Source of the DNA: Flavobacterium sp.
Lineage (GTDB): Bacteria; Bacteroidota; Bacteroidia; Flavobacteriales; Flavobacteriaceae
Assembly: GCA_041303115.1 (NCBI GenBank)
Contig: JBFYPW010000001.1
Span: forward strand, 2,335-66,334
Direction: 5' to 3'
DNA: 64,000 bases
Below are positions 28,872 through 38,391 of the stretch, piece by piece; the first letter of the stretch is position 1, and each line of letters opens with the position of its first letter. The notes below the pieces were generated by a model that saw nothing but the letters and a program-made list of their open reading frames with translations, did no database searches and was not told the origin of the DNA. Position numbers and translations under genes: made by a program.

Positions 28872-30659
28872 ATGACGCCACTCGAACTACAAATTCAAAC
28901 TTTACCTGATAATCCTGGTGTGTATCAGTATTACGACAAAGACAATAAGATTTTGTACGTTGGAAAAGCGAAAAATTTAAAAAAACGCGTACAATCTTAT
29001 TTTACAAAAAACCACGATAATTTTAAAACATCGGTACTTGTAAAAAAAATTGTTACTATCAAACATATTGTAGTTCCTACAGAAACTGATGCGTTATTGT
29101 TAGAAAACAATCTTATTAAAACACTACAGCCAAGATATAATGTGCTGCTTCGTGATGACAAAACGTATCCTTGGATTTGCATCAAAAAAGAAGCGTTCCC
29201 AAGAGTGTTTTCTACTCGAAAAATGATAAAAGATGGCTCGGAATATTTTGGCCCTTACACTAGTTTTAAAACAGTAAATACGTTATTAGAATTAATTAGA
29301 GAATTATATCCTTTACGAACCTGTAATTTTGATTTATCACAAGCAAACATTAGAGCTGAGAAATATAAAGTCTGCTTAGAATACCATATTGGAAATTGTA
29401 AAGGCGGTTGTGAAGGCTACGAAACGCAAGAAAATTATCAAAAACAAATTACGGCTATTCGAGAAATTTTAAAAGGTAATTTTAAAGAAAGTCTAAAAGA
29501 TTTTAAATACCATATGACTCTTTTAGCCTCAGAAATGAAGTTTGAAGAAGCCCAAAAAATTAAAGAAAAAATTGAAGTTTTAGAAAATTATCAGGCTAAA
29601 TCGACGATTATAAATCCAAAAATTACCAATATTGATGTGTTTTCCATTATTTCTGATGAAACCATGGCGTATGTGAATTTTTTACAAATTTCTCATGGTG
29701 CGATTATTCGCTCGCACACCTTAGAATTAAAGAAAAAACTAGATGAAACCAATCAAGAATTACTAGAATTAGCTGTTGTAGAAATAAGAGCGCGATTCTT
29801 TTTAACCTCAACAGAAATAGTAGTGCCTCTTGAAATTGATTTAGGCGATAAAATTAGAGTGACTGTTCCTAAATTAGGAGATAAAAAAGAGATTTTAAAC
29901 CTATCTGAACGAAACGCAAAATATTACAGATTAGACCAATTAAAACAAATTAAAATTGTAGATCCAGACCGACATACAAACCGAATTATGGCACAAATGC
30001 AAAAAGATTTACGTCTTTCTGTAGAACCTAGACATATTGAATGCTTTGATAATTCTAATATTCAAGGAACAAATCCTGTATCAGCCTGTGTGGTTTTTAA
30101 AGATGGGAAAGCCAGCAAAAAAGACTACAGACATTTCAACATAAAAACTGTTGAAGGCCCAAATGATTTCGCTTCGATGGAAGAAGTGGTGTATAGAAGA
30201 TATAAAAGACTTTTAGATGAAAATCAATCGCTACCACAACTTATTATTATTGATGGAGGAAAAGGGCAACTGTCTTCAGCATTAAAAAGTCTAGAAGATT
30301 TAGGTTTGCGTGGTAAAATTGCCATTATTGGTATTGCAAAACGATTAGAGGAATTGTTTTATCCAGATGATCCGATTCCTTTATATTTGGATAAGAAATC
30401 GGAAACCCTTAAAATAATTCAACAATTACGAAACGAAGCGCATCGATTTGGAATTACACATCATCGCGACAAAAGAAGTAAGTCGGCATTAAATTCTTCC
30501 GTAGAAACAATTCCTGGAATTGGAGAAAAAACAATGATAACCTTAATTTCACACTTTAAAAGTGTAAAAAGAATAAAAGAGGCAACAGAATCTGAAATTT
30601 CTTCAGTAATTGGACTTTCAAAAGCAAAAAAAATTTCCGACTTTTACAAAAAAGAATAA
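28872..30659 (+). CDS. uvrC: Excinuclease ABC subunit C
   Basis: PGVYQY...YVGKAKNLKKRV (GIY-YIG), ECFDNS, IDGGKGQL, RNEAHRF, HhH; ATG 28872. Confidence 0.97.
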   Translation: MTPLELQIQTLPDNPGVYQYYDKDNKILYVGKAKNLKKRVQSYFTKNHDNFKTSVLVKKIVTIKHIVVPTETDALLLENNLIKTLQPRYNVLLRDDKTYPWICIKKEAFPRVFSTRKMIKDGSEYFGPYTSFKTVNTLLELIRELYPLRTCNFDLSQANIRAEKYKVCLEYHIGNCKGGCEGYETQENYQKQITAIREILKGNFKESLKDFKYHMTLLASEMKFEEAQKIKEKIEVLENYQAKSTIINPKITNIDVFSIISDETMAYVNFLQISHGAIIRSHTLELKKKLDETNQELLELAVVEIRARFFLTSTEIVVPLEIDLGDKIRVTVPKLGDKKEILNLSERNAKYYRLDQLKQIKIVDPDRHTNRIMAQMQKDLRLSVEPRHIECFDNSNIQGTNPVSACVVFKDGKASKKDYRHFNIKTVEGPNDFASMEEVVYRRYKRLLDENQSLPQLIIIDGGKGQLSSALKSLEDLGLRGKIAIIGIAKRLEELFYPDDPIPLYLDKKSETLKIIQQLRNEAHRFGITHHRDKRSKSALNSSVETIPGIGEKTMITLISHFKSVKRIKEATESEISSVIGLSKAKKISDFYKKE

Positions 30660-30662
30660 CGC

Positions 30663-32912
30663 ATGTTTAAGAGAATAGTGAAAATAATAAAGAAAAAAGA
30701 ATATCACATTCGTGGTACAATTTCTCGTTTTATACTTTTTACTTTTATCCTTTTACTTTTGCCTTTTAACGCAATAGCACAAGACAGCATTAAAAAACCA
30801 AAAATTGGCTTAGTGCTTTCAGGAGGTGGTGCAAAAGGGTTGGCGCATATTGGCGTACTAAAAGTAATAGATTCATTAGGAATTAAAGTCGATTATATTG
30901 GAGGAACCAGTATGGGCGCTATCGTTGGAGGTTTGTACGCGTCAGGTTATACTGGTAAACAATTAGATTCTATATTTAAAACCTTAAACATTGACGATTT
31001 AGTTCAAGACAATATTCCAAGAAAATCTAAATTACTTTTTAATAAAAGAAGCGATGATATTTACGCGCTATCCTTGCCTTTTAAAAATTTAAAATTAGAA
31101 ACCCCAAATGCACTTTCAAAAGGTTTTTATAATTATCATTTTTTATCGAAATTAACCTATCACGTAAGAAATACGAGAGATTTCAAAAAATTACCAATTC
31201 CGTTTTTCTGTATGGCTACAGATATTGAAACTGGAGAAGAAATAATCTTAAATAAAGGAATTTTTCCTCAAGCTTTAGTTGCAAGTAGTTCTGTTCCAAG
31301 TATTTTCTATCCAATAGAAATTGAAGGTCGATTACTAGTAGATGGAGGGGTAACTAATAATTATCCCGTTGAAAAACTTAAAGAATTAGGCGCCGAATTT
31401 ATTATAGGTGTGGATGTTCAGGAGAACTTAAAAGACAGGAAAGAGTTACAAGGCATCACAACTATTTTTGGACAAATTTCGAATTTTTACACGCTTTCTC
31501 AAATGAAAAACAAGCAAAAACTTACGAATATTTATATTAAACCAGAAATTAAAGGGTATTCTGTTTTGTCCTTCGAAAACGGTAAAAAAATTATAGAAAA
31601 CGGAGAATTTGCTACAAGAATTTTTTTAACCGAACTACAAAAATTTGAAAATAAAACATATATAAAACCAGAATTAAAACTTGTTAAAGATTCCATTTTT
31701 ATTGGAAATATTGGTTTTACAGAACTAAAAAATTATACACGAGCGTATGTTTTAGGAAAATTACGATTTAAACCAAACACAAAAATAAGTTTTGAAGATT
31801 TTCAAAATGGCATTCAAAACTTAAGCAATACGCAAAACTTTAGTGCAATAAAATATCAATTTAACGAGAAAGATATTTTTATAAGTTTAAGAGAAAACAA
31901 AATAAATACTTTATTAAAATTTGCACTTCATTATGATGAATTATATAAAAGTGGGGCTTTAATTAATATTACCCAAAAGAAAATTATTTCTAAAAACGAC
32001 ATGGTCTCTTTAGATTTAATTTTTGGCGATAATTTTAGGTACGATTTTAATTACTTAATTGATAATGGCTATTATTTTAGTTTTGGAATTAATTCTAGTT
32101 TAAATACATTCAATAAGAATGTTAATTCAGCTTTTGGAACTCAAAAATATTTAACTAATGCATTTGAAAAAATTAATTTAGATTATTCAAGTATTACTAC
32201 AAAAGTGTTTCTTCAAACTGTTTTTTTAAGAAAATTTAATATTGGTGGAGGGTTAGAGTTTCAAAACTTAGTATTAAAATCTGATAATTTAATTAAAGCC
32301 AATAAAACAATTGAAAACAGTAATTATTTATCTTTGTTGGGGTATTTAAATTACGATACTTTTGATGATAAATTTTTTCCAAAAAAAGGATGGTACTTAA
32401 AGAGTGATTTTAATTATTATTTTAATTCATCGGACTACACCAATCAATTTTCAAAATTTTCAATTTCAAAAACAGATATGGCTATTGCTTTTTCTCCATT
32501 TAAAAATTTCTCATTTACTTTTCAAAATGAAGTGGGTTTCAAAATTGGACATTCCACTTTACCTTATTTCGATTTTGCCTTAGGAGGAACCGGATTTAGA
32601 GATAATAACAACATTCGTCCTTTTTATGGATATGATTTTTTAAGTATTAGTGGGAATTCATACATAAAAACTAGTGGGAATTTTGATTTCGAATTTTATA
32701 AAAAAAATCACATAAACTTAACCTATAATGCTTCGATAGTTGGTGATTTTATTTTTAATGCCACAAAAACCTGGTTTAACAAACCCTCATATACTGGGTT
32801 TGGTCTGGGTTATGGATTAGAAACTTTAATAGGACCCGTTGAAATAAAATACACGTGGTCACCCGAATCAAATTTTTCTGCTTTTTGGGTAAATCTTGGC
32901 TTCGTTTTTTAA
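30663..32912 (+). CDS. Patatin-like phospholipase with C-terminal outer membrane beta-barrel (PlpD-like)
   Basis: GGGAKG, GTSMG, DGG motifs; POTRA-like segment; barrel ending NLGFVF. Confidence 0.88.
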   Translation: MFKRIVKIIKKKEYHIRGTISRFILFTFILLLLPFNAIAQDSIKKPKIGLVLSGGGAKGLAHIGVLKVIDSLGIKVDYIGGTSMGAIVGGLYASGYTGKQLDSIFKTLNIDDLVQDNIPRKSKLLFNKRSDDIYALSLPFKNLKLETPNALSKGFYNYHFLSKLTYHVRNTRDFKKLPIPFFCMATDIETGEEIILNKGIFPQALVASSSVPSIFYPIEIEGRLLVDGGVTNNYPVEKLKELGAEFIIGVDVQENLKDRKELQGITTIFGQISNFYTLSQMKNKQKLTNIYIKPEIKGYSVLSFENGKKIIENGEFATRIFLTELQKFENKTYIKPELKLVKDSIFIGNIGFTELKNYTRAYVLGKLRFKPNTKISFEDFQNGIQNLSNTQNFSAIKYQFNEKDIFISLRENKINTLLKFALHYDELYKSGALINITQKKIISKNDMVSLDLIFGDNFRYDFNYLIDNGYYFSFGINSSLNTFNKNVNSAFGTQKYLTNAFEKINLDYSSITTKVFLQTVFLRKFNIGGGLEFQNLVLKSDNLIKANKTIENSNYLSLLGYLNYDTFDDKFFPKKGWYLKSDFNYYFNSSDYTNQFSKFSISKTDMAIAFSPFKNFSFTFQNEVGFKIGHSTLPYFDFALGGTGFRDNNNIRPFYGYDFLSISGNSYIKTSGNFDFEFYKKNHINLTYNASIVGDFIFNATKTWFNKPSYTGFGLGYGLETLIGPVEIKYTWSPESNFSAFWVNLGFVF

Positions 32913-32981
32913 ATATTTTTTTTGATTTGGATATTTAATCGAAAAAATCCTATATTTGAAGCAACTAAAAATTATTACTTT

Positions 32982-34655
32982 ATGTCTATTTGGAGAGTTA
33001 AACCAGTGTCAGCATTTGAAGCTGATATGAAAAAAAGCGAATTAAAACGTGTCCTAACAAAATGGGGGTTAACCTCATTGGGAATTGGAGCTATTATTGG
33101 TGGAGGAATTTTTACCTTAACCGGTATTGCTGCTCATGATTATGCAGGACCAGCATTAGCATTATCTTTTGTTATTGCGGGTGTAGGATGTTTATTTGCT
33201 TCGTTATGTTATGCCGAATTTGCTTCAGTGCTTCCAGTTGAAGGATCTGCTTATGCGTACGCTTATGGAACTATAGGAGAAATTTTCGCATGGTTTATTG
33301 GTTGGAATTTAATTCTAGAATACATGATGGGTGCCACAACTGTAGCTGTTGCTTGGAGTGGTTATTTTTCCAAACTACTTGGGCTATTTCATATAAAATT
33401 ACCCTTGGGATTATTATCTGATAAAGTAACCGCTACAGAAAAATTAAACAATGCTAAAGCCGTTGATGCTGTTAAAGAATACTTAGCTACTCATGCTTCA
33501 GCTACTTTTGATCAAATTAAATCCAATTTTGCAAACGCTGAATTTGCATCAGCTTTTAAAAGTTTAACTACATTAAAAGATTTTAAAAATTTTGCTACAG
33601 GTGAAGGTGTTGCGAAATTTTCAGAACATTATTCATCAATTGATCTTTCTGGATTAGTTTTCAATTTACCCGCACTATTAATTACATGGGTTATAACTGC
33701 CATTCTAGTAAAAGGAATTAAAGAAGCTGCCAAAACAAATAATATCATAGTTGTTGTTAAAATAGCAGTTGTGCTTTTTGTAATTATTGTAGGTGCTTTT
33801 TATGTTGATGTTGAAAACTGGCAACCTTTTATTCCAACTGAAACAACAACAATAGTTGACGGTGTAGAAAAAGTTAACTTTGGATTAGGCGGAGTATTAA
33901 CTGCAGCTACAATTGTATTTTTTGCATACATCGGTTTTGATGCTGTATCAACTCAAGCAGGAGAAGCTATAAATCCAAAAAAAGATGTACCATTTGCAAT
34001 TATTGCATCATTAGTTATTTGTACTGTACTTTACATTTTAGTTTCACTTGTACTAACGGGTATGGTACGTTTTGATCAGTTAGACGTTACAGCTCCAGTT
34101 GCATCAGCATTTAGTGGTGTTGGATTAAAATGGGCTACATTACTAATTACAATTGCTGCAACAGCAGGTTTAATGAGCGTAATGTTAGTAATGATGTTAG
34201 GTCAAACTCGTATTTTTTTAGGTATGGCTAAAGATGGCTTGTTACCAAATTTCTTTAAAGAATTACATCCTAGATTTTTAACTCCACATAAATCTACCAT
34301 ACTAATTGGTGCAATTATTTCTATTGTTGCAGCAGTTACGCCTATAAATAAAGTTTCTGAAATGTGTTCAATGGGTACTTTACTGGCTTTTGCTATGGTT
34401 TGTATAGCGGTAATGATTTTAAGATATAAAAAACCAGAATTAGACAGACCTTACAAAACCCCTGCTGTATACATTGTTGGTACTCTTGGTGTAGCTTTTA
34501 ACATTGGGTTAATGACTTTTGTTAGAGAAGAAACGTGGCATACATTTATTATCTGGGGTGCTTTAGGTATTTTGGTGTATTTCTTATATGGAAAACGAAA
34601 CGCAAAACTTAATAATCCTGAAGAATTTGAAAGATTAGATAACGAAAGAAAATAA
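32982..34655 (+). CDS. APC family amino acid permease (CAT/YfnA-like)
   Basis: GIGAIIGGGIF, YAEFAS..P..GSAY, FFAYIGFD, GEAINPKK; ATG 32982 after TATATTTG at 32951. Confidence 0.92.
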   Translation: MSIWRVKPVSAFEADMKKSELKRVLTKWGLTSLGIGAIIGGGIFTLTGIAAHDYAGPALALSFVIAGVGCLFASLCYAEFASVLPVEGSAYAYAYGTIGEIFAWFIGWNLILEYMMGATTVAVAWSGYFSKLLGLFHIKLPLGLLSDKVTATEKLNNAKAVDAVKEYLATHASATFDQIKSNFANAEFASAFKSLTTLKDFKNFATGEGVAKFSEHYSSIDLSGLVFNLPALLITWVITAILVKGIKEAAKTNNIIVVVKIAVVLFVIIVGAFYVDVENWQPFIPTETTTIVDGVEKVNFGLGGVLTAATIVFFAYIGFDAVSTQAGEAINPKKDVPFAIIASLVICTVLYILVSLVLTGMVRFDQLDVTAPVASAFSGVGLKWATLLITIAATAGLMSVMLVMMLGQTRIFLGMAKDGLLPNFFKELHPRFLTPHKSTILIGAIISIVAAVTPINKVSEMCSMGTLLAFAMVCIAVMILRYKKPELDRPYKTPAVYIVGTLGVAFNIGLMTFVREETWHTFIIWGALGILVYFLYGKRNAKLNNPEEFERLDNERK

Positions 34656-34695
34656 TTAAAAAAAACGACTTCAAATTGAAGTCGTTTTTTTTAAT
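34655..34695 (+). terminator. Intrinsic terminator after the permease gene
   Basis: AAAAAAAACGACTTC-AAATT-GAAGTCGTTTTTTTT. Confidence 0.85.
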
Positions 34696-34720
34696 AATAT
34701 ATTTTTACGATATTTGTGTT

Positions 34721-34783
34721 ATGAAAAATTGGAACGGATTATTAGCCCATTTGAAATTCCTCATCAAGAGAAATCCTGAGTGA
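34721..34783 (+). CDS. Candidate 20-aa leader peptide MKNWNGLLAHLKFLIKRNPE upstream of hmgA
   Basis: ATG 34721 to TGA 34783; relatively GC-rich patch in an AT-rich spacer, just after an imperfect -7 box. Confidence 0.4.
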   Translation: MKNWNGLLAHLKFLIKRNPE

Positions 34784-34856
34784 GCATACCTCTTTTTGTT
34801 TTAATAAAAAAGTATCGTAAAATACTTTTAAACCTATAACTTTTAAACCTAAAGAA

Positions 34857-36014
34857 ATGCCTATATATCATAAATTAGGAGAAATCCCTCACAAACGACA
34901 CATCCAGTTTGAAAAACCAAACGGCGGATTATACTATGAACAACTTTTTGGTACCGAAGGATTTCATGGACATTCTTCATTACTATACCATGTTCACAGA
35001 CCAACACAGGTTAAAGAAATTACTAAATCGTATTCTGTTGAACCAAAAATTGCTATTGGCAAGAACATTAAATCGCTGTTATTAAAAGGTTTTGAATTAC
35101 AACCCGCTGACGATTTTTTAGAAAGCAGAAAAGACATGCTTGTTAATAAAGATTGTATTATCGGATTAGCCGCACCAAAAAAATCTTTACGCAGTTATTT
35201 TTATAAAAATGCAGATGCAGACGAGATGATATTCATACATAAAGGTTCAGGAAAATTAAGAACCATGATGGGAAATATTGATTTTGAATATGGCGATTAC
35301 TTAATTATTCCACGTGGAATTATTTATCAAATTGATTTCAATTCAGATGATAATCGCTTATTTTATGTAGAATCTTACGCCCCTTTTTATACCCCAAAAA
35401 GATATAAAAACGAATCGGGTCAACATTTAGAACATTCACCATTTTGCGAAAGAGATTTTAAATTACCTTCCGAAATAGAAACCTATGACGAAAAAGGTGA
35501 TTTCTTAATTAAAATCAAAAAAGAAGGCATGATGCACGAAGTAGTTTATGCAACTCATCCATTTGATGTTATAGGTTGGGACGGATATAATTTCCCATAC
35601 GGATTTTCAATTCACAATTTTGAACCTATTACAGGACGTGTGCATTTACCGCCGCCAATTCATCAAACATTTGAAACAGCTACATTTGTAGTATGCTCTT
35701 TTGTGCCAAGATTGTATGATTATCATCCAAAATCAATTCCTGCTCCTTATAATCATAGCAATATTGATTCTGATGAAGTGTTGTACTATGTTGATGGTGA
35801 TTTCATGAGTAGAAACAATATCGAACAAGGGCATATCACTTTACATCCAAAAGGAATTCCTCACGGACCTGCACCAGGAGCTATGGAGAGAAGTATTGGT
35901 CATACCGAAACTAAAGAATTAGCTGTTATGGTTGATACATTTCGTCCATTAATGGTTACGGAAGCAGCAATGGGAATAGACGATGGTCAATACTACAAAT
36001 CTTGGGTGGAATAA
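34857..36014 (+). CDS. hmgA: Homogentisate 1,2-dioxygenase
   Basis: KNADADE, HLPPPIHQTF, PYNHSNIDSDE, HPKGIPHGP, AVMVDTFRPL; adjacent to hppD. Confidence 0.93.
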   Translation: MPIYHKLGEIPHKRHIQFEKPNGGLYYEQLFGTEGFHGHSSLLYHVHRPTQVKEITKSYSVEPKIAIGKNIKSLLLKGFELQPADDFLESRKDMLVNKDCIIGLAAPKKSLRSYFYKNADADEMIFIHKGSGKLRTMMGNIDFEYGDYLIIPRGIIYQIDFNSDDNRLFYVESYAPFYTPKRYKNESGQHLEHSPFCERDFKLPSEIETYDEKGDFLIKIKKEGMMHEVVYATHPFDVIGWDGYNFPYGFSIHNFEPITGRVHLPPPIHQTFETATFVVCSFVPRLYDYHPKSIPAPYNHSNIDSDEVLYYVDGDFMSRNNIEQGHITLHPKGIPHGPAPGAMERSIGHTETKELAVMVDTFRPLMVTEAAMGIDDGQYYKSWVE

Positions 36015-36065
36015 AATTAAAACACAACTCTTAGGTAATTATTTTTTACCAATAAATAAAAAATT

Positions 36066-37229
36066 ATGAATAACGATTTAAAATCAGTCGAATACGGCTT
36101 AGAAAAAATATTTGAAGGCGCACAAGATTTCTTGCCTTTATTAGGGACAGATTATGTAGAATTTTATGTGGGTAATGCCAAACAAGCTGCGCATTTCTAT
36201 AAAACAGCTTTCGGTTTTCAATCCTTAGCGTATGCAGGTTTAGAAACTGGTGTAAAAGACAGAGCGTCTTATGTTTTAAAACAAGATAAAATTCGTTTAG
36301 TACTAACAACCGCTTTAAACAGTAATTCACCAATTGGGGAACACGTTAAAAAACATGGAGACGGCGTTAAAGTTATTGCACTTTGGGTAGAAGATGCCAG
36401 AAAATCGTTTGAAGAAACTACAAAACGAGGTGCAAAACCTTATTTTGAGCCAGTTGTTGAAAAAGATGAAAATGGTGAGGTAGTTCGTGCAGGAATTTAT
36501 GGCGCATATGGAGAAACCGTATTTGTTTTTGTAGAACGTAAAAATTACAATGGAATTTTTATGCCAGGTTATCAAGAATGGAAATCGGATTATAACCCAA
36601 AACCAGTTGGACTAAAATTTATTGACCACATGGTTGGAAATACCGGCTGGAACAGAATGAATGAAGCCGTAAAATGGTTTGAAGATGTGATGGGATTTGT
36701 GAATTTCCTTTCTTTTGATGACAAACAAATTACTACTGAATATTCGGCATTAATGTCAAAAGTAATGAGTAACGGAAACGGAAGAATCAAGTTTCCAATT
36801 AACGAACCGGCTAATGGAAAAAAACGTTCTCAAATTGAAGAATATTTAGATTTCTATGAAGGCGAAGGCGTGCAACATATAGCAGTTGCAACAGATGACA
36901 TTATTACTACCGTTGCCGATATGCGTTCTCGTGGAATCGAATTTTTAAGTACGCCACCTCAAGCATATTATGATGCCATTCCAGAAAGATTAAAAGATCA
37001 CATGTCTAAATTTAAAGAGGACATCAACGAGCTTCAAAAATTAGGTATTATGATTGATGCCGATGAAGAAGGCTATTTATTACAAATTTTCACAAAACCT
37101 ATTGAAGACCGACCAACACTATTCTTCGAAGTTATTCAAAGAATGGGCGCAAAAGGTTTTGGAGCAGGAAACTTTAAAGCCCTTTTCGAATCTATAGAAA
37201 GAGAACAAGCTTTAAGAGGAACATTATAA
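36066..37229 (+). CDS. hppD: 4-hydroxyphenylpyruvate dioxygenase
   Basis: HGDGV, DHMVGN, PINEP, SQIEEYL, GVQHIA, LLQIFT, GFGAGNFKALFE. Confidence 0.97.
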   Translation: MNNDLKSVEYGLEKIFEGAQDFLPLLGTDYVEFYVGNAKQAAHFYKTAFGFQSLAYAGLETGVKDRASYVLKQDKIRLVLTTALNSNSPIGEHVKKHGDGVKVIALWVEDARKSFEETTKRGAKPYFEPVVEKDENGEVVRAGIYGAYGETVFVFVERKNYNGIFMPGYQEWKSDYNPKPVGLKFIDHMVGNTGWNRMNEAVKWFEDVMGFVNFLSFDDKQITTEYSALMSKVMSNGNGRIKFPINEPANGKKRSQIEEYLDFYEGEGVQHIAVATDDIITTVADMRSRGIEFLSTPPQAYYDAIPERLKDHMSKFKEDINELQKLGIMIDADEEGYLLQIFTKPIEDRPTLFFEVIQRMGAKGFGAGNFKALFESIEREQALRGTL

Positions 37230-37233
37230 AAAT

Positions 37234-37261
37234 AAAAAGCAGCTACAACAGCTGCTTTTTT
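37234..37261 (+). terminator. Intrinsic terminator of hmgA-hppD
   Basis: AAAAAGCAGCT-ACAAC-AGCTGCTTTTTT. Confidence 0.85.
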
Positions 37262-37453
37262 AATTAAAACATACCAAATTTAAATCATTAAAAACCAATT
37301 AGTTAAAAATAGGATTGTCAAATACATAAAAAAAGTAGGTTATTTTTTTGTTTTGTTAAATTTTAACCACTTTTCTTGCGATTTTTTCTGTTAAAAGTGT
37401 TAAAGTTGATTTTTTATTAAATAAAATTTAAATTCTTAACATATCTTTGCAGA

Positions 37454-37559
37454 GCAATTGAGAGGTAGTAGACTCATATTGCGTATAAGTTTTCATAATT
37501 TATAGTTTTTGGTTGGTTAAAACATAAAAACTCAGTCATTTATTTTGACTGGGTTTTTT
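37454..37559 (+). ncRNA. Candidate trans-acting small RNA (~105 nt)
   Basis: Own -7 box TATCTTTG (37442-37449), 5' hairpin (37454-37482), U-rich linker, terminator (37526-37559). The downstream gene has a separate TAACTTTG box (37568-37575). Confidence 0.62.
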
Positions 37560-37612
37560 GTTTTTTGTAACTTTGGAACAATAATTGTATTCTTCAAAGA
37601 AAACCATACAAA

Positions 37613-38383
37613 ATGAAAAGAATAATCTTACTTTTAACGGTGTTTGTCCTCTCAAACTCTTTTATTACAGAGGAAAAAGATTCTTATTCTATTGGAGAAT
37701 TTTTTAAGTTAAGAATACATTACGGACTTATTAATGCTGGTTACGCCACATTAGAAGTAAAAGATGCAGAACTTAACGGAAAAAAAATGCACCATGTCAT
37801 AGGTAAAGGATATACTAGTGGTATGACAAAAATGATGTTTAAAGTTGTAGACAACTATGAAAGCTACTTTAATAAAGAAACAAATAAACCATACGTTTTT
37901 GTTAGAAATATCAATGAAGGAGGGTATACAAAAAACCAGCAAGGCTATTTTAATCAAAATAACCATACCGTTTTAGTAAAAGACTTCAAAAATAAAACCG
38001 AAAAAACATATAATGTCCCTGAAAATGTTCAAGATATTGTTTCTTCTTTTTATTATTTAAGAAACCATCCAAAAATTGAAAAATTAGTTGTTGGCGAATC
38101 CATAACAATAGATATGTTTTTTGATGAAGAAACTACTAAATTTAAACTAAAATTTATTGGTAGAGAAAATATTAATTCTAAATTTGGGGAAATAACCTGT
38201 ATGGTTTTTAAACCTCTAGTGCAAGCAGGGCGAGTTTTTAAGGAAGAAGAGAGTTTAACTGTTTGGATATCAGATGACAAGAATAAAATTCCAATCCGAG
38301 TAAAAGCCAGTTTAGCAGTTGGTTCTATAAAAGCAGATATTGATCAGTACAAAGGATTAAAACATCCGATAAATTTTAAATAA
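37613..38383 (+). CDS. DUF3108 domain protein
   Basis: Signal peptide, GE...RIHYG..NAG, QDIVSSFYYLR, WISDDKNKIP. Confidence 0.8.
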   Translation: MKRIILLLTVFVLSNSFITEEKDSYSIGEFFKLRIHYGLINAGYATLEVKDAELNGKKMHHVIGKGYTSGMTKMMFKVVDNYESYFNKETNKPYVFVRNINEGGYTKNQQGYFNQNNHTVLVKDFKNKTEKTYNVPENVQDIVSSFYYLRNHPKIEKLVVGESITIDMFFDEETTKFKLKFIGRENINSKFGEITCMVFKPLVQAGRVFKEEESLTVWISDDKNKIPIRVKASLAVGSIKADIDQYKGLKHPINFK

Positions 38384-38391
38384 TACTTATT

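Noticed and set aside
34721-34783. Classical Tyr/Phe codon-run attenuator for hmgA
   Set aside because: The peptide has no Tyr and a single Phe, and no strong terminator/antiterminator pair follows; kept only as an arrest-peptide candidate
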